Assembly (NCBI GenBank): GCA_963755715.1
Contig: CAVWLW010000076.1
Location: forward strand, 49,413-113,412
Length of the DNA stretch: 64,000 nt
Direction: 5' to 3'
Source: an uncultured delta proteobacterium
GTDB lineage: Bacteria > Desulfobacterota > Binatia > UBA9968
Shown in pieces: positions 41,485 through 52,080 of this stretch. The notes under the pieces were generated by a model. The model made no database searches, was not told the origin of the DNA, and was given only the letters and a program-made list of their open reading frames with translations. Within the stretch, counting starts at the first letter, position 1, and each line of letters begins with the position of its first letter. Made by a program: the position numbers and the translations under genes.

Positions 41485-42219
41485 ATGGGAGCTTGCAGCA
41501 CCGCTGTGACTGAGCTCAATCCGGGCATTTTTCAGATCCGCGGCCTGGGCGGGAGCAGCCACAGCTATGTAATCAAGGGCGATTACATGAACGTGATGAT
41601 CGATTCGGGTTCGGATCAAAATTTTCCAGTGCTTGAACGCGGGTTGCGCCACATCGGGATAAAGGTCCGCGACGTCAACCTGGTGATCAATTCGCACGAG
41701 CACTGCGATCACATCGGTGCCAATCGTTATTTTCAAGACTGCGCGATGATCGCCGCCTATCGTCTCGCCGCATCCAAGATAATCACGGGCGATTACTACG
41801 TGACCATGTACAAGGGTAACGACTTGAACGAAATTCCGCTGCGCGTGCACCTGTGGCTCGAAAACATGACGCGCATCGATCTGGGCAATTACAGCCTGCG
41901 TGTGTTTCACACGCCCGGTCATACGTCCGGTTGCATCTCGATCATCGAGGCGCGATGCGGCCTGCTCTTTTCCGCTGACAGCGTGTTCGCCGGCGGCACG
42001 CTTTCCTATATCGCCGAGTCGGGAAGCATCGGCGACTATTTGGATTCTTTGACTCGTCTGCGCTGTTTTGGTTTGCGCGCGCTGTATCCGGGACACGGCA
42101 GGATTTCGACGACGCCGATCGAAGACATCGACCAAGCGATTGCCAATGCCGAGAAAATGCTCGACGAGCGGAGCCAAACCAGCCCCGAGATCTTCTATCA
42201 AAAGGGCGCGGAAAGTTAA
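41485..42219 (+). CDS. MBL-fold metallohydrolase
   Basis: HEHCDH, HTPGHT, YPGHG. Confidence 0.88.
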   Translation: MGACSTAVTELNPGIFQIRGLGGSSHSYVIKGDYMNVMIDSGSDQNFPVLERGLRHIGIKVRDVNLVINSHEHCDHIGANRYFQDCAMIAAYRLAASKIITGDYYVTMYKGNDLNEIPLRVHLWLENMTRIDLGNYSLRVFHTPGHTSGCISIIEARCGLLFSADSVFAGGTLSYIAESGSIGDYLDSLTRLRCFGLRALYPGHGRISTTPIEDIDQAIANAEKMLDERSQTSPEIFYQKGAES

Positions 42220-42252
42220 TCGGCAATGCGGCCGCTCTAGGAATCGCCTCGG

Positions 42253-44100
42253 ATGAACAAGATTGAAGAATACAAACAAGAGAAAGACGGGCTGGATATT
42301 CTTCAAGACATTCCGCGTTATGCCGCCGAAGGCTGGGAGAAAATCACCGACGGTGACAAGGAGCGTCTGAAGTGGGCCGGCGTATTTTTCCGCCGCCAGA
42401 CGCCTGGCCGCTTTATGATGCGTTTGCGCGTTCCCAACGGTTTCATGACGGCGATACAGCTCCGCACCATCGGTGAAATCAGCGGTGAATTTGGCAAGGG
42501 CTTCGCTGATATCACGACACGCCAACAGATGCAGCTGCGCTGGTTTACTATCAACGAGGTTCCGGAAATCTGGAATCGACTGAGGGGCGTCAATCTAATC
42601 TCGCTGCAAACCGGCATGGATAACATTCGCGGCGTGATCGGTTGTCCGGTCGCCGGGCTCACGCCTAACGAGCTTTTCGACGCCTCGGCGGTGGTGCGTG
42701 ATTTCACGCAAATGTTTCTCGGCAACAAGGACTACACAAATTTGCCGCGAAAATTCAATGTGACCATTACCGGTTGCAAGGAAGCCTGCACCCACGCCGA
42801 AGCGCAAGACATCGCCATGACGCCGGCGCTAAAAACAATCGGTGGCGCCGAGGTCCTTGGATTCAACGTCGCCGTCGGCGGAAAGATGGGCTCGGGCGGC
42901 TATCGGATCGCCTCGCCCTTGAATTTGTTTGTCACGGTCGACGAGGCCGCGGCGGTCTGCAGCCAGATCGTTCTTATTTTCCGCGACCATGGCGCGCGCG
43001 AGTTGCGCACCAAAACGCGTTTGGCCTTTCTCATCGAAGCCTGGGGCGTCGAAAAATTTCGCAAAGAATTGGAACGTCGCGTTGATCGACCGCTTGCCTC
43101 CGCGGGAATTGACCAACGGACGCCGAAGCACACCGACCATGTCGGTGTGCTTCGCCAGAAACAGGCGGGCCTCAACTATGTTGGGCTCACGGTGCCCGTC
43201 GGACGCATGACCTCGGAACAAATGCTTCAAGTGGCGGACCTGGCCGAAAATTACGGCAACGGCCAGATCCGACTGACCGTCGGGCAGAATTTGATTATTC
43301 CCAACGTGCCCGACCGCATGATCGGCGAGCTCACGAGCGAGCCCGTGCTCCAGGAGCTACGTTACGATCCTTCCGAGGTCATGCGCGGTCTGGTGAGCTG
43401 TACCGGCATGGACTACTGCCATTTCGCTTTGATCGAGACCAAGGGGTGGGCGCTGAAGACCGCGCGCGCTCTGGAAGCGAAGCTCGGCAAGACCCAGCCG
43501 CTGCGCATGCATTGGTCCGGCTGTCCGGCGGGTTGCGGCAACCACACAGCCGCGGACATCGGCCTGCTCGGCAAAAATATCAAAGTCAACGGTGAAATCA
43601 TCGAAGCGGTCGACGTGTTTGCCGGCGGCGCTACCGGATGCGAGGCCAACGTGCCGGTAAAAATCATGGAAGACGTGCCGTGTGAGGATTTGGCCGGCGT
43701 CGTCGGCGGTTTAGTCAAGCACGGCGCATTCAAAGCGATGCGCCAGCAGTTGCGAAAGATTCCTCTAGCCGTAGCTGTGCCGTCCAAGCCTGCAGCCGAA
43801 GTGGAGCGGCCCATAATAAAATCTCAAGAGCTCGCAGAAGGCAGCGCGAAGTTAGTGCGCGCACGAGGTGAAGAAATGGCTGTATTCAAAAACAACGGAC
43901 AACTTTATGGCATTCAAAACATCTGTCCGCACGAGGGCGGCCAGCTTTGTAACGGTTGGATCGAAGGTGGTGAAGTCGTGTGCCCTCTGCATGGATACAA
44001 ATTCGATCTCAAGACCGGGGCGTGCTCGACGGATCCCAAATTGAAAGTCAGGGTTTTCAAGCTGGTGGCACAAGGGGACCAATTTTTATTGGAAGGATGA
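42253..44100 (+). CDS. nirA: Ferredoxin-type nitrite reductase fused to a Rieske [2Fe-2S] domain
   Basis: ITTRQ, NLPRKFN, CTGMDYC/GCPAGC; C-terminal CPHEG...CPLHG. Confidence 0.9.
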   Translation: MNKIEEYKQEKDGLDILQDIPRYAAEGWEKITDGDKERLKWAGVFFRRQTPGRFMMRLRVPNGFMTAIQLRTIGEISGEFGKGFADITTRQQMQLRWFTINEVPEIWNRLRGVNLISLQTGMDNIRGVIGCPVAGLTPNELFDASAVVRDFTQMFLGNKDYTNLPRKFNVTITGCKEACTHAEAQDIAMTPALKTIGGAEVLGFNVAVGGKMGSGGYRIASPLNLFVTVDEAAAVCSQIVLIFRDHGARELRTKTRLAFLIEAWGVEKFRKELERRVDRPLASAGIDQRTPKHTDHVGVLRQKQAGLNYVGLTVPVGRMTSEQMLQVADLAENYGNGQIRLTVGQNLIIPNVPDRMIGELTSEPVLQELRYDPSEVMRGLVSCTGMDYCHFALIETKGWALKTARALEAKLGKTQPLRMHWSGCPAGCGNHTAADIGLLGKNIKVNGEIIEAVDVFAGGATGCEANVPVKIMEDVPCEDLAGVVGGLVKHGAFKAMRQQLRKIPLAVAVPSKPAAEVERPIIKSQELAEGSAKLVRARGEEMAVFKNNGQLYGIQNICPHEGGQLCNGWIEGGEVVCPLHGYKFDLKTGACSTDPKLKVRVFKLVAQGDQFLLEG

Positions 44101-44104
44101 TGAC

Positions 44105-45376
44105 GTGGCTCAAGTGAAAAAAAAGCAAAGCCAAGATTTGACTCGGCGAAATTTTCTAAAACTGTCTGGCGGCGCGTTAGGTACCCTGTTGGCCGGAATG
44201 CCAAAGGGCTGGATTGGCGGCGCGTACGCCGCGGACGGTCCAGAGACGACGAGCATCCGGATTGGCATCATTGCCTTGACCGATTGTTCGTCGATCGTGA
44301 TGGCGCACGAATTGGGACTGTTCAAAAAATACGGCATCGAGTCAACGATCTCTAAGGAAGCATCCTGGGCCGCGATCCGCGACAAAATCAATCTCGGCGA
44401 AAACCAGGCAACGCACATGCTTCTCGGCATGCCTTACGCGTCGACCATGGGACTTCTCGGCTCGCCGCAAAAGCCGATGATCGTCCCTTTCTATCTCAAC
44501 CGTAACGGTCAGGCGATCACGCTCGACAAAGAATTGCTCGCCAAAGGCGTAAAAACGCCGCAGCAACTCAAGCCGGTTGTTATGGAAGCCAAAGCGAAGG
44601 GCGAACCGATGAGCTTTGCCATGACTTTTCCGCCGGGAACCCACGCTATGTGGATGCGCTATTGGCTGGCGTCAGGCGGTATTCATCCCGACAAGGATGT
44701 TTCGTTGATTACGATCCCGCCGCCGCAAATGGTGGCGAATATGAAAGTCGGTAAGATGGACGGCTTCTGCGTCGGCGAGCCGTGGAACGCGCGCGCTATC
44801 GCTGACGGCATCGGTTTCACCGCGATCACGACGCAGCAAATCTGGAAGGATCATCCGGAAAAAGTTTTAGCGTTTACCGCCGACTTCGCCGACAAGAACC
44901 CGAAAACCGTCAAAGCGATTCTGCGCGCGGTGACGGAGTCGAGCCAGTACATCGACAAACTGGAAAATCGCGCGCACATGGCCGAGGTGGTGTCGAAACC
45001 GCAATATATCAACACCCAGAAAGAAGTGATTCTCGGGCGCATGCTCGGCGATTACGATTACGGCGACGGTCGCAAGGAAAAGGATCCTTTGTACATGACT
45101 TTCTTCGATCGCAATACGAATTTCCCGTGGAAATCGCATGGCGTGTGGTGGCTCTCACAATTCCGCCGCTGGGGCATGGTGAAAAGCGCGCCGGATTACA
45201 CGGGCATCGTCAATAAAGTTCATCGGCCCGATCTCTACCGTGAAGTCGCCAAGGAGATGGGCATTACCGTACCGAAAGAAGACATGAAAAAGGAAACACT
45301 CTTTGACAAGATCGAGTTCGATCCCGCCAAACCGGAAGATTACGTAAAGAAATTCTCGATCAACAACCTGGCGTAG
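44105..45376 (+). CDS. nrtA: NrtA/CmpA-family substrate-binding protein (Tat)
   Basis: RRNFLK, IALTDC, NGQAIT, GFCVGEPW. Confidence 0.9.
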   Translation: MAQVKKKQSQDLTRRNFLKLSGGALGTLLAGMPKGWIGGAYAADGPETTSIRIGIIALTDCSSIVMAHELGLFKKYGIESTISKEASWAAIRDKINLGENQATHMLLGMPYASTMGLLGSPQKPMIVPFYLNRNGQAITLDKELLAKGVKTPQQLKPVVMEAKAKGEPMSFAMTFPPGTHAMWMRYWLASGGIHPDKDVSLITIPPPQMVANMKVGKMDGFCVGEPWNARAIADGIGFTAITTQQIWKDHPEKVLAFTADFADKNPKTVKAILRAVTESSQYIDKLENRAHMAEVVSKPQYINTQKEVILGRMLGDYDYGDGRKEKDPLYMTFFDRNTNFPWKSHGVWWLSQFRRWGMVKSAPDYTGIVNKVHRPDLYREVAKEMGITVPKEDMKKETLFDKIEFDPAKPEDYVKKFSINNLA

Positions 45377-45390
45377 AGGAAAGTCGCAAA

Positions 45391-46164
45391 ATGGAAAAAC
45401 GCATGGACTCCGCCGCGATGATCTTGCCGATGTTCGGTATCGGCCTAGTGTTGATTATCTGGACGGCTCTCAGCCTCAAGGTGGCGCCCGATTTGCCGTC
45501 GCCGCTGCGCACCTGGCAAGAAAGCCAGAACTATATCCTCAATCCGTTTTTTAAAGATGGCGAGATGAACCAAGGCATTCTCCGCTTCGCGTTTTTAAGT
45601 CTTATTCGCGTGGCAAAGGGTTTTCTCTTGGCAATCGCGATCGGCACGCCATTGGGTTTTTTGCTCGGCCTCTCGGCGAATTTTCACCGAGCTTTCGATC
45701 CGGTGATTCAAGTGCTCCGACCGATTTCGCCGTTGGCTTGGCTGCCGTTAGGTCTGGTCATCTTCAAGCAGTCGGAACCGGCGGCGCTGTTCACGATCGC
45801 GCTCTGCGCTATGTGGCCGACGGTGATCAATACGGCGATGGGCGTGCGCAGCATCAGCAGCGAATATCTCAACGTCGGTCGGGTGCTGAAACTCTCGCCG
45901 CTCAAGAAGCTCAGCAAGATTATGATCCCCGCGACGTTGCCCTACATGTTCACCGGCTATCGTCTGAGCCTCGGCATGGCTTGGCTGGTGATCGTCGCCG
46001 CCGAAATGCTGACCGGTTCGCCCGGTCTGGGAGGTTTTCTCTGGCAGGAATACAATAGTCTCGTCTACTCGCATATTCTCCTGTCCGTCATTTCCATCGG
46101 GCTCATCGGCTTTGCTCTCGACCGGCTCATGAGCGTGGTCGAGCGACGTTTCAAAACCGCGTGA
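45391..46164 (+). CDS. nrtB: Nitrate ABC transporter permease
   Basis: RPISPLAWLP, WLVIVAAEML. Confidence 0.9.
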   Translation: MEKRMDSAAMILPMFGIGLVLIIWTALSLKVAPDLPSPLRTWQESQNYILNPFFKDGEMNQGILRFAFLSLIRVAKGFLLAIAIGTPLGFLLGLSANFHRAFDPVIQVLRPISPLAWLPLGLVIFKQSEPAALFTIALCAMWPTVINTAMGVRSISSEYLNVGRVLKLSPLKKLSKIMIPATLPYMFTGYRLSLGMAWLVIVAAEMLTGSPGLGGFLWQEYNSLVYSHILLSVISIGLIGFALDRLMSVVERRFKTA

Positions 46165-46172
46165 GACACGCG

Positions 46173-47024
46173 ATGGCCTATCTTGAAATCAAGGGAGTTG
46201 GCAAAAGTTATCGGCGCAACGCGACTGGCGCGTCGGCAGATAGCGCCAGGCTGGCGGTGTTAAGCGACATCAATTTGGCGATCGACGAAAACGAATTTGT
46301 TTGTATTGTCGGCCGGTCCGGGTCGGGTAAGACGACGTTGATTTCATTGATCGCCGGACTGTTGGAGCCCGACCGTGGCGAAATTCTTCTCGATGGACGG
46401 TCGATCGACGGGCCGGGTCCCGACCGCGGCGTAGTGTTTCAAAATTATTCCTTGCTGCCTTGGATGAACGTTTTCGAAAACGTCTATCTCGCTGTTGACG
46501 CCGTGGCACCTCATCTTGCCGAGGCGGAGAAACGGGAGCGTGCTGAGCGCTATATCAACTTGGTCAATCTCGGCGCGGCGATGAAGAAAGTGCCGCGGGA
46601 ACTTTCCGGCGGCATGCGCCAGCGCGTCGCGGTGGCGCGCGGTTTAGCGATGGACCCCAAGGTGCTTCTGATGGACGAGCCGTTCAGCGCCCTCGACGCG
46701 CTCACCCGCGCGACTTTGCAGGAAGAGTTGGCGCGCATCTGGATAGAAACGCGGAAAACCGTCGTGATGATCACCAATGACATCGATGAAGCGATTTTAC
46801 TCGCTGACTCAATCTACACGCTGACATCCGGACCGGGAGCGACTCTCGGACCCGCCGTCCGCGTCGAAACGCCCCATCCGCGATCGCGCTCCCAGTTAAT
46901 CGACGAGCCCGCTTATCAGCGGGTGCGACGAGATACCGTGAATGTTCTTATGTCCGGCAGAAAGCGCGGCGCCACAGACTCAGCCGTGGAAAAAAATTGC
47001 TTCACTGAACGGAGAAACCATTAG
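46173..47024 (+). CDS. Nitrate ABC transporter ATPase
   Basis: GRSGSGKTT, FQNYSLLPW, LSGGMRQR. Confidence 0.88.
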   Translation: MAYLEIKGVGKSYRRNATGASADSARLAVLSDINLAIDENEFVCIVGRSGSGKTTLISLIAGLLEPDRGEILLDGRSIDGPGPDRGVVFQNYSLLPWMNVFENVYLAVDAVAPHLAEAEKRERAERYINLVNLGAAMKKVPRELSGGMRQRVAVARGLAMDPKVLLMDEPFSALDALTRATLQEELARIWIETRKTVVMITNDIDEAILLADSIYTLTSGPGATLGPAVRVETPHPRSRSQLIDEPAYQRVRRDTVNVLMSGRKRGATDSAVEKNCFTERRNH

Positions 47025-47025
47025 G

Positions 47026-47958
47026 ATGATTCCGTTTCTCGAATTGACAGGCCTGGGCAAAAGTTACGCTACCGAGCACGGCCCTTCCGTCATCGTCAAG
47101 GACTTCAATTTGCGCGTCGGTGAAGGCGAATTCGTATGTATCGTCGGCCACTCGGGCTGCGGTAAATCCACGGTGTTGTCGATCGCCATGGGCCTCAACG
47201 ACGCCACCGAAGGCGGAGTGATCGTGGCCGGCCGCGAAGTGGTTGGGCCGGGATTGGACCGCGGCGTGGTGTTTCAATCTCCGGCGTTGCTGCCGTGGTT
47301 GACCGCGCGGGAGAACGTATTGCTCGCGCTCGAACAGGTCAGCCATCATAGCAAACCCGACGAGCGCTTAAAGCGCGCTGATAAGTTCCTCGCTTCAGTG
47401 GGCCTTAACGATGTTGCCGATTGTTACCCGGAGCAGCTTTCCGCCGGCATGCGTCAGCGCGTCGGCATCGCCCGCGCCTTTGCGTTGGAGCCCAAGGTGC
47501 TTTTGCTCGACGAGCCTTTCAGTCTGCTCGACGTGGTGACCCGCATGGAGCTGCAGGACCAATTGATTCGGCTCTGCGCCGAAACGCATAAAACGGTACT
47601 CATGGTCACCCACGATGTTGACGAGGCGTTGTTGCTCGCCGACCGCATCGTGCTGATGACCAACGGCCCGGCCGCCACGGTCGGCGAAATCGTCACGGTG
47701 CCGTTTGAACGACCGCGCGATCGACTCATGATCATCGACGATCCCCAATATCATCAGGCACGCAAGCAGCTTCTAAGCTTTCTCGAAGAACGGGCGGCGC
47801 GAAACAGTGACATGATTGTTGCTGTCGAAGCGCAGCCGATGGCTGTTGCCGCGCGCGGTGATGCCGGAAGAGCTTTTCCTGAACGAGTAATTCACTGGTT
47901 TCAATCGTTTCCTTCCAAATTATCGCAAACTACGAGCCCTGGACGAGTACGTCGATAA
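47026..47958 (+). CDS. Nitrate ABC transporter ATPase
   Basis: GHSGCGKST, MTNGPAA. Confidence 0.88.
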   Translation: MIPFLELTGLGKSYATEHGPSVIVKDFNLRVGEGEFVCIVGHSGCGKSTVLSIAMGLNDATEGGVIVAGREVVGPGLDRGVVFQSPALLPWLTARENVLLALEQVSHHSKPDERLKRADKFLASVGLNDVADCYPEQLSAGMRQRVGIARAFALEPKVLLLDEPFSLLDVVTRMELQDQLIRLCAETHKTVLMVTHDVDEALLLADRIVLMTNGPAATVGEIVTVPFERPRDRLMIIDDPQYHQARKQLLSFLEERAARNSDMIVAVEAQPMAVAARGDAGRAFPERVIHWFQSFPSKLSQTTSPGRVRR

Positions 47959-48024
47959 TCTGAGACATGCGGAAGCCAAAGCGCTGTCGCACTTCGATTC
48001 AATACCCAGCGGATCTCGCACGAC

Positions 48025-50175
48025 GTGGAAACGATACAACCTAACGGCAGCGAGCGCTGGGAAAAATCTTACTGTCCCTATTGCGGCGTCGGCTGCGGTC
48101 TGCTGGCAAAAATTCGCGGTGGTGCGGTGACTAGAATCAAAGGTGATCCTAATCATCCGTCGAGTTTGGGCGATCTTTGCCTCAAAGCGATCTATTTGCC
48201 GGAAGTTATCCAGACCCATGATCGGTTAGTCTATCCTCAGCTGCGCCAATGTCAGGACAGCCCTTTCAAGCGGGTTTCCTGGCAGCAGGTCATGACCTAT
48301 TTGGCGAAACGGTTTCGTGCGATCATCGACGAGCACGGCCCGGATGCCGTCGCTTTTTACGGTTCGGGCCAGCTGACGACGGAGGAGTATTATGTTGCCA
48401 ATAAACTGGCGAAAGGTTTTCTCGGCACCAATAACTTTGACACCAACTCGCGCCTTTGCATGGCCTCGGCGGTGGCCGGGTACAAAACCTCGCTCGGTTC
48501 CGATGGCCCGCCGAACTCGTATGCCGATATCGACGAGGCCAACTGTCTGTTGCTCATCGGCACCAACACCGCAGATTGCCACCCGGTCATCTTCAAAAGG
48601 ATCAAAAAGCGCAAGCAAAGCGATCCGAAGAGAGTGACCGTCATCAGCGTGGACCCGCGCCGCACCGAAACCGCGGACTTCGCCGATCTGCACCTGCCGC
48701 TTAAACCGGGCAGCGACGTCGCGTTGCTGAACAGCATGCTTTGGGTTCTCATCCATGAGAACTTGATCGACAGCGAATTCGTTGCCCAACACACCAATGG
48801 TTTTCGCGAGCTCAAGGAAATCGTCGAGCGATATCCGCCGAAGGTAGCCGAAGAGATTTGCGGCGTGCCGGAGTGTCTGATCGTCGAAGCGGCGTTGATA
48901 TTCGGCATGGCGCAAAGCGCGCTCACGCTCTGGAGCATGGGCGTGAATCAGAGCTCCGTCGGCGTGCAGAAGAACAATGCGATTATCAATCTCCACCTTG
49001 CTAGCGGAAAGATCGGCAAGCCGGGTTCAGGACCGTTTTCTTTGACCGGCCAACCCAATGCAATGGGCGGCCGGGAAGTCGGCGGCCTATCCAACATGTT
49101 GCCCGGTTACCGCAGCGTGGAAGATCCGCAGCATCGAGCAAAGGTCGAACGTCACTGGGCGGTGCCGCGCGGCAGCATCGCTCCGAAGCCGGGCCTCGCC
49201 GCCTTAGAGCAGTTTGAAGCATTGGCGCAGGGCAAGCTGAAGGCGATTTGGATTCTCTGCACCAACCCGGCTGCTTCTGCACCGGACATCGACCTGATCG
49301 AAAAAGCGCTGCGCCAAGCAGAGCTCGTGGTGGTTCAAGACGCCTATCATCCGACAGCTACCAGCCGTCTCGCTCATGTCATCTTGCCCGCGGCCCAGTG
49401 GAGCGAAAAAGAGGGCGTGATGACCAATTCCGAGCGGCGCGTCACTTATATGCCGAAGCTCGCCGAGCCGCCCGGCGAGGCGCTGCCGGATTGGAAAATT
49501 ATTTCCCTGTTCGCCTACGCGCTGGGATTCGGCGCCAACTTTATGTATCAGTCGGCGGAAGAAATCTTTGCCGAGTTCGTGGCGCTCACGGAAGGGACTT
49601 TGTGCGACATCTCCGGCGCGAGTTACACGCGTCTCAAAAGCCGTGGACCGGTGCAGTGGCCGTATCCTAAATCCAAACCGACAAAAAGGGCGAGGCTGTA
49701 TGAAAACGGGCGCTTCGCGACGGCCGACGGCAAGGCCGCTTTCATCGCAGTGGAACATGCGCCGCCGGTCGAGAGCCCGGACGACGACTATCCACTGATT
49801 TTAACCACGGGGCGGCTCAAGCATCACTGGCATACGATGACGCGCACGGGAAAAAATGCGGCGCTGCGGCGCCGCGCGCCCGATCCGGTTTTAGAGATCA
49901 ACCGCGCCGATGCGCGCCGCGGCAATATACAAGACGCCGACTTCGTCGAGATTATTTCGCGCCGCGGCAAAGTGATGGCGCAGGCGAGAGTCACCGAAGA
50001 GATCGTCCAGGGCACATGTTTTCTGCCGTTTCATTGGAGCAGGGACGAAGGCTTTTTCAAAGCGGCGAATAACTTGACGATCAGCGCACGCGATCCGGTT
50101 TCGCGTCAGCCCGAGCTTAAGGCATGCGCGGTGCGGGTGCGTAAAGTTGCCGATTTTCCGCTTGAGGATAATTGA
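48025..50175 (+). CDS. Assimilatory nitrate reductase catalytic subunit (NarB/NasA type)
   Basis: CPYCGVGC, NSRLCMAS, TGQPNAMGGRE, QPELK. Confidence 0.92.
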   Translation: METIQPNGSERWEKSYCPYCGVGCGLLAKIRGGAVTRIKGDPNHPSSLGDLCLKAIYLPEVIQTHDRLVYPQLRQCQDSPFKRVSWQQVMTYLAKRFRAIIDEHGPDAVAFYGSGQLTTEEYYVANKLAKGFLGTNNFDTNSRLCMASAVAGYKTSLGSDGPPNSYADIDEANCLLLIGTNTADCHPVIFKRIKKRKQSDPKRVTVISVDPRRTETADFADLHLPLKPGSDVALLNSMLWVLIHENLIDSEFVAQHTNGFRELKEIVERYPPKVAEEICGVPECLIVEAALIFGMAQSALTLWSMGVNQSSVGVQKNNAIINLHLASGKIGKPGSGPFSLTGQPNAMGGREVGGLSNMLPGYRSVEDPQHRAKVERHWAVPRGSIAPKPGLAALEQFEALAQGKLKAIWILCTNPAASAPDIDLIEKALRQAELVVVQDAYHPTATSRLAHVILPAAQWSEKEGVMTNSERRVTYMPKLAEPPGEALPDWKIISLFAYALGFGANFMYQSAEEIFAEFVALTEGTLCDISGASYTRLKSRGPVQWPYPKSKPTKRARLYENGRFATADGKAAFIAVEHAPPVESPDDDYPLILTTGRLKHHWHTMTRTGKNAALRRRAPDPVLEINRADARRGNIQDADFVEIISRRGKVMAQARVTEEIVQGTCFLPFHWSRDEGFFKAANNLTISARDPVSRQPELKACAVRVRKVADFPLEDN

Positions 50176-50187
50176 GATCGCTGAACT

Positions 50188-50375
50188 ATGACCAAGAGCC
50201 TGATGGCAATGTTTATCTCGTCGGCGCAGGGCCGGGCATCTCAAGCTCATCACTTTGAAGGGCAGCGGATATCTTCACTGAAGATGTGATTTTCTACGAG
50301 TTAATTAACCGCGAGCTGCTCGATTACCGAGTGCGGAATGCGGAGTGTTTCTATGTCAGCAAACGGTCGGTTGGT
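50188..50375 (+). pseudogene. Uroporphyrinogen-III C-methyltransferase (cysG/cobA) N-terminal relic
   Basis: Fragments GNVYLVGAGPG, KLITLKG, DVIFY, ELLDY, FYVSKR across frameshifts/stops. Confidence 0.7.
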
Positions 50376-50765
50376 GTATTGCATGAATCAACAACCCATA
50401 TTTTTATTGCGAGACCGTAAATTTGGGCCGACATTTGCATTGATTCGGGACTGTTTTGTTAAATTCCGGTTCAGTTCCGTAGCAGTAATGAAAAATCAGG
50501 GGAATTGAGCATTAGGTGATTCACTGCTGGGATCGTAGCTGAGAGGTGCTGCCCAAAAGCTAGGCGCCATCGTGACTAAGATTTGAGCGATCGCAATTAT
50601 TGCAGGCGTGGGTTTCTCGGGAAATTGATCCCATTGAGCGTGAAGTCTAGGACTGAAGTTAGATTTCAAGAATTTTGAGATCCAAAAGATAGACTCTCAG
50701 GTTATGAGCATGGTAAAAGCTAGTGACTTATTTTAGTGCTTTGAAATTACGAGGAGGTTGAGACG

Positions 50766-52016
50766 ATGAAAAGGGGATTGGCAGCGTTACTCATCTTGCT
50801 GGGAAGCTCTGTGTTGCCACCGATGGCCATTCACGCGGCAGAGGAACCAACACCTGCTCCGGCAGAGGAAAAACCTCTCGGTCCGGGGTGGCTCAGTTTA
50901 GACTGTTGCGTCGGCGTATTGGATGGCAAGATCGCTGACGGCAAGGGTGCGGTAGAGAAAGCAATAGGCATTGGCATTAGCGGGTACTTTGACACGAGTT
51001 ACACTTGGAGTTCGAATTATCCGAAAAGTCCCCCCAAGATCAGCGGTCGATATTTTGAAATGGACCAAAATAAAATCGATTTTAACGATTTTCATATAGC
51101 GTTGGACAAGCCCGAGAAGGATTGGGGCGTCGGTTTTCACCTCTCCGGTGATTTCGGCCGCACTGGAGAGCTGTTGAGGGAAGCGACGCTGTGGGGGAAA
51201 AGGTTTCACAAGGAACCTTCAGCCGAGGTGCGCGAGTCATATGTTACCACCACGATCCCCGTCGGTGAAGGTATTCAATTCAAGGGTGGTTTGTTTGTGA
51301 CACCCCTGGGAACGGAAATCCTTCTAAACCCAGGAAACTACAACGATGAAATTACCCGCTCGTTTGCTTTTAACTACGCCATCCCTTTACGTCACCTGGG
51401 GACTCTTTTTACTTATCCGGCTCTCAAGACGCTCAGCGTGAGCGGTGGACTCGTGACCGGCTGGGATGATCCTCGTGACAACAACGGCTCGCCGTCGTTT
51501 TTGGGCGGAGTTAATTTTACCCCGTCCGATACCTTCGGGTTGGCGAGCAATATCGTTGCCGGGCCGGAACAGACGCGTAACACCCACAATCAGCGTATTA
51601 CCTGGAGCAACGTAGCCACGATCAAGCCGATGGACCCTCTCACCGTTCTTCTAGAATACACCTTTGGTACTGAGCACCAGGCGTCGACCCCGACGGGACT
51701 TCGGAATGCACAGTGGTACGCCTTTGCCGCTGTTGGATCTTGGGCCTGGACTGACCGGTTCAGCACGGCAGTCCGAACGGAGCTATTTTTAGACCAGGGG
51801 GCGTCGAGAACACAAGGTTTTGCGGCCAGCACTCCCGTGCACAACGTTTCCCTAGGCGAAGTGACGTTGGCGGGAACCTACAAATTCACCAAAATGCTCC
51901 TTGGACGAGCGGAGCTTAGGCAAGACTGGGCCAATCGACCCGTCTATAAAAAAGGGGCTAACGGTGCCGATTCAAATCAGACGACTTTAGCCGTGCAGTT
52001 GCTTTATCAATACTAG
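50766..52016 (+). CDS. Putative outer-membrane beta-barrel porin (bbp2/OmpL-like)
   Basis: Signal peptide, ISGYFDTSY, GLFVTPLGTE, RAELRQD, terminal Y. Confidence 0.75.
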   Translation: MKRGLAALLILLGSSVLPPMAIHAAEEPTPAPAEEKPLGPGWLSLDCCVGVLDGKIADGKGAVEKAIGIGISGYFDTSYTWSSNYPKSPPKISGRYFEMDQNKIDFNDFHIALDKPEKDWGVGFHLSGDFGRTGELLREATLWGKRFHKEPSAEVRESYVTTTIPVGEGIQFKGGLFVTPLGTEILLNPGNYNDEITRSFAFNYAIPLRHLGTLFTYPALKTLSVSGGLVTGWDDPRDNNGSPSFLGGVNFTPSDTFGLASNIVAGPEQTRNTHNQRITWSNVATIKPMDPLTVLLEYTFGTEHQASTPTGLRNAQWYAFAAVGSWAWTDRFSTAVRTELFLDQGASRTQGFAASTPVHNVSLGEVTLAGTYKFTKMLLGRAELRQDWANRPVYKKGANGADSNQTTLAVQLLYQY

Positions 52017-52040
52017 GACAATTGTCGACTAGTTTCGCAG

Positions 52041-52080
52041 GCGGGGAGGGAGACAGAACGTTTTCCTCCCCGTTTTTTTT
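52041..52080 (+). terminator. Intrinsic terminator
   Basis: GCGGGGAGG...CCTCCCCG followed by T-run. Confidence 0.8.
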
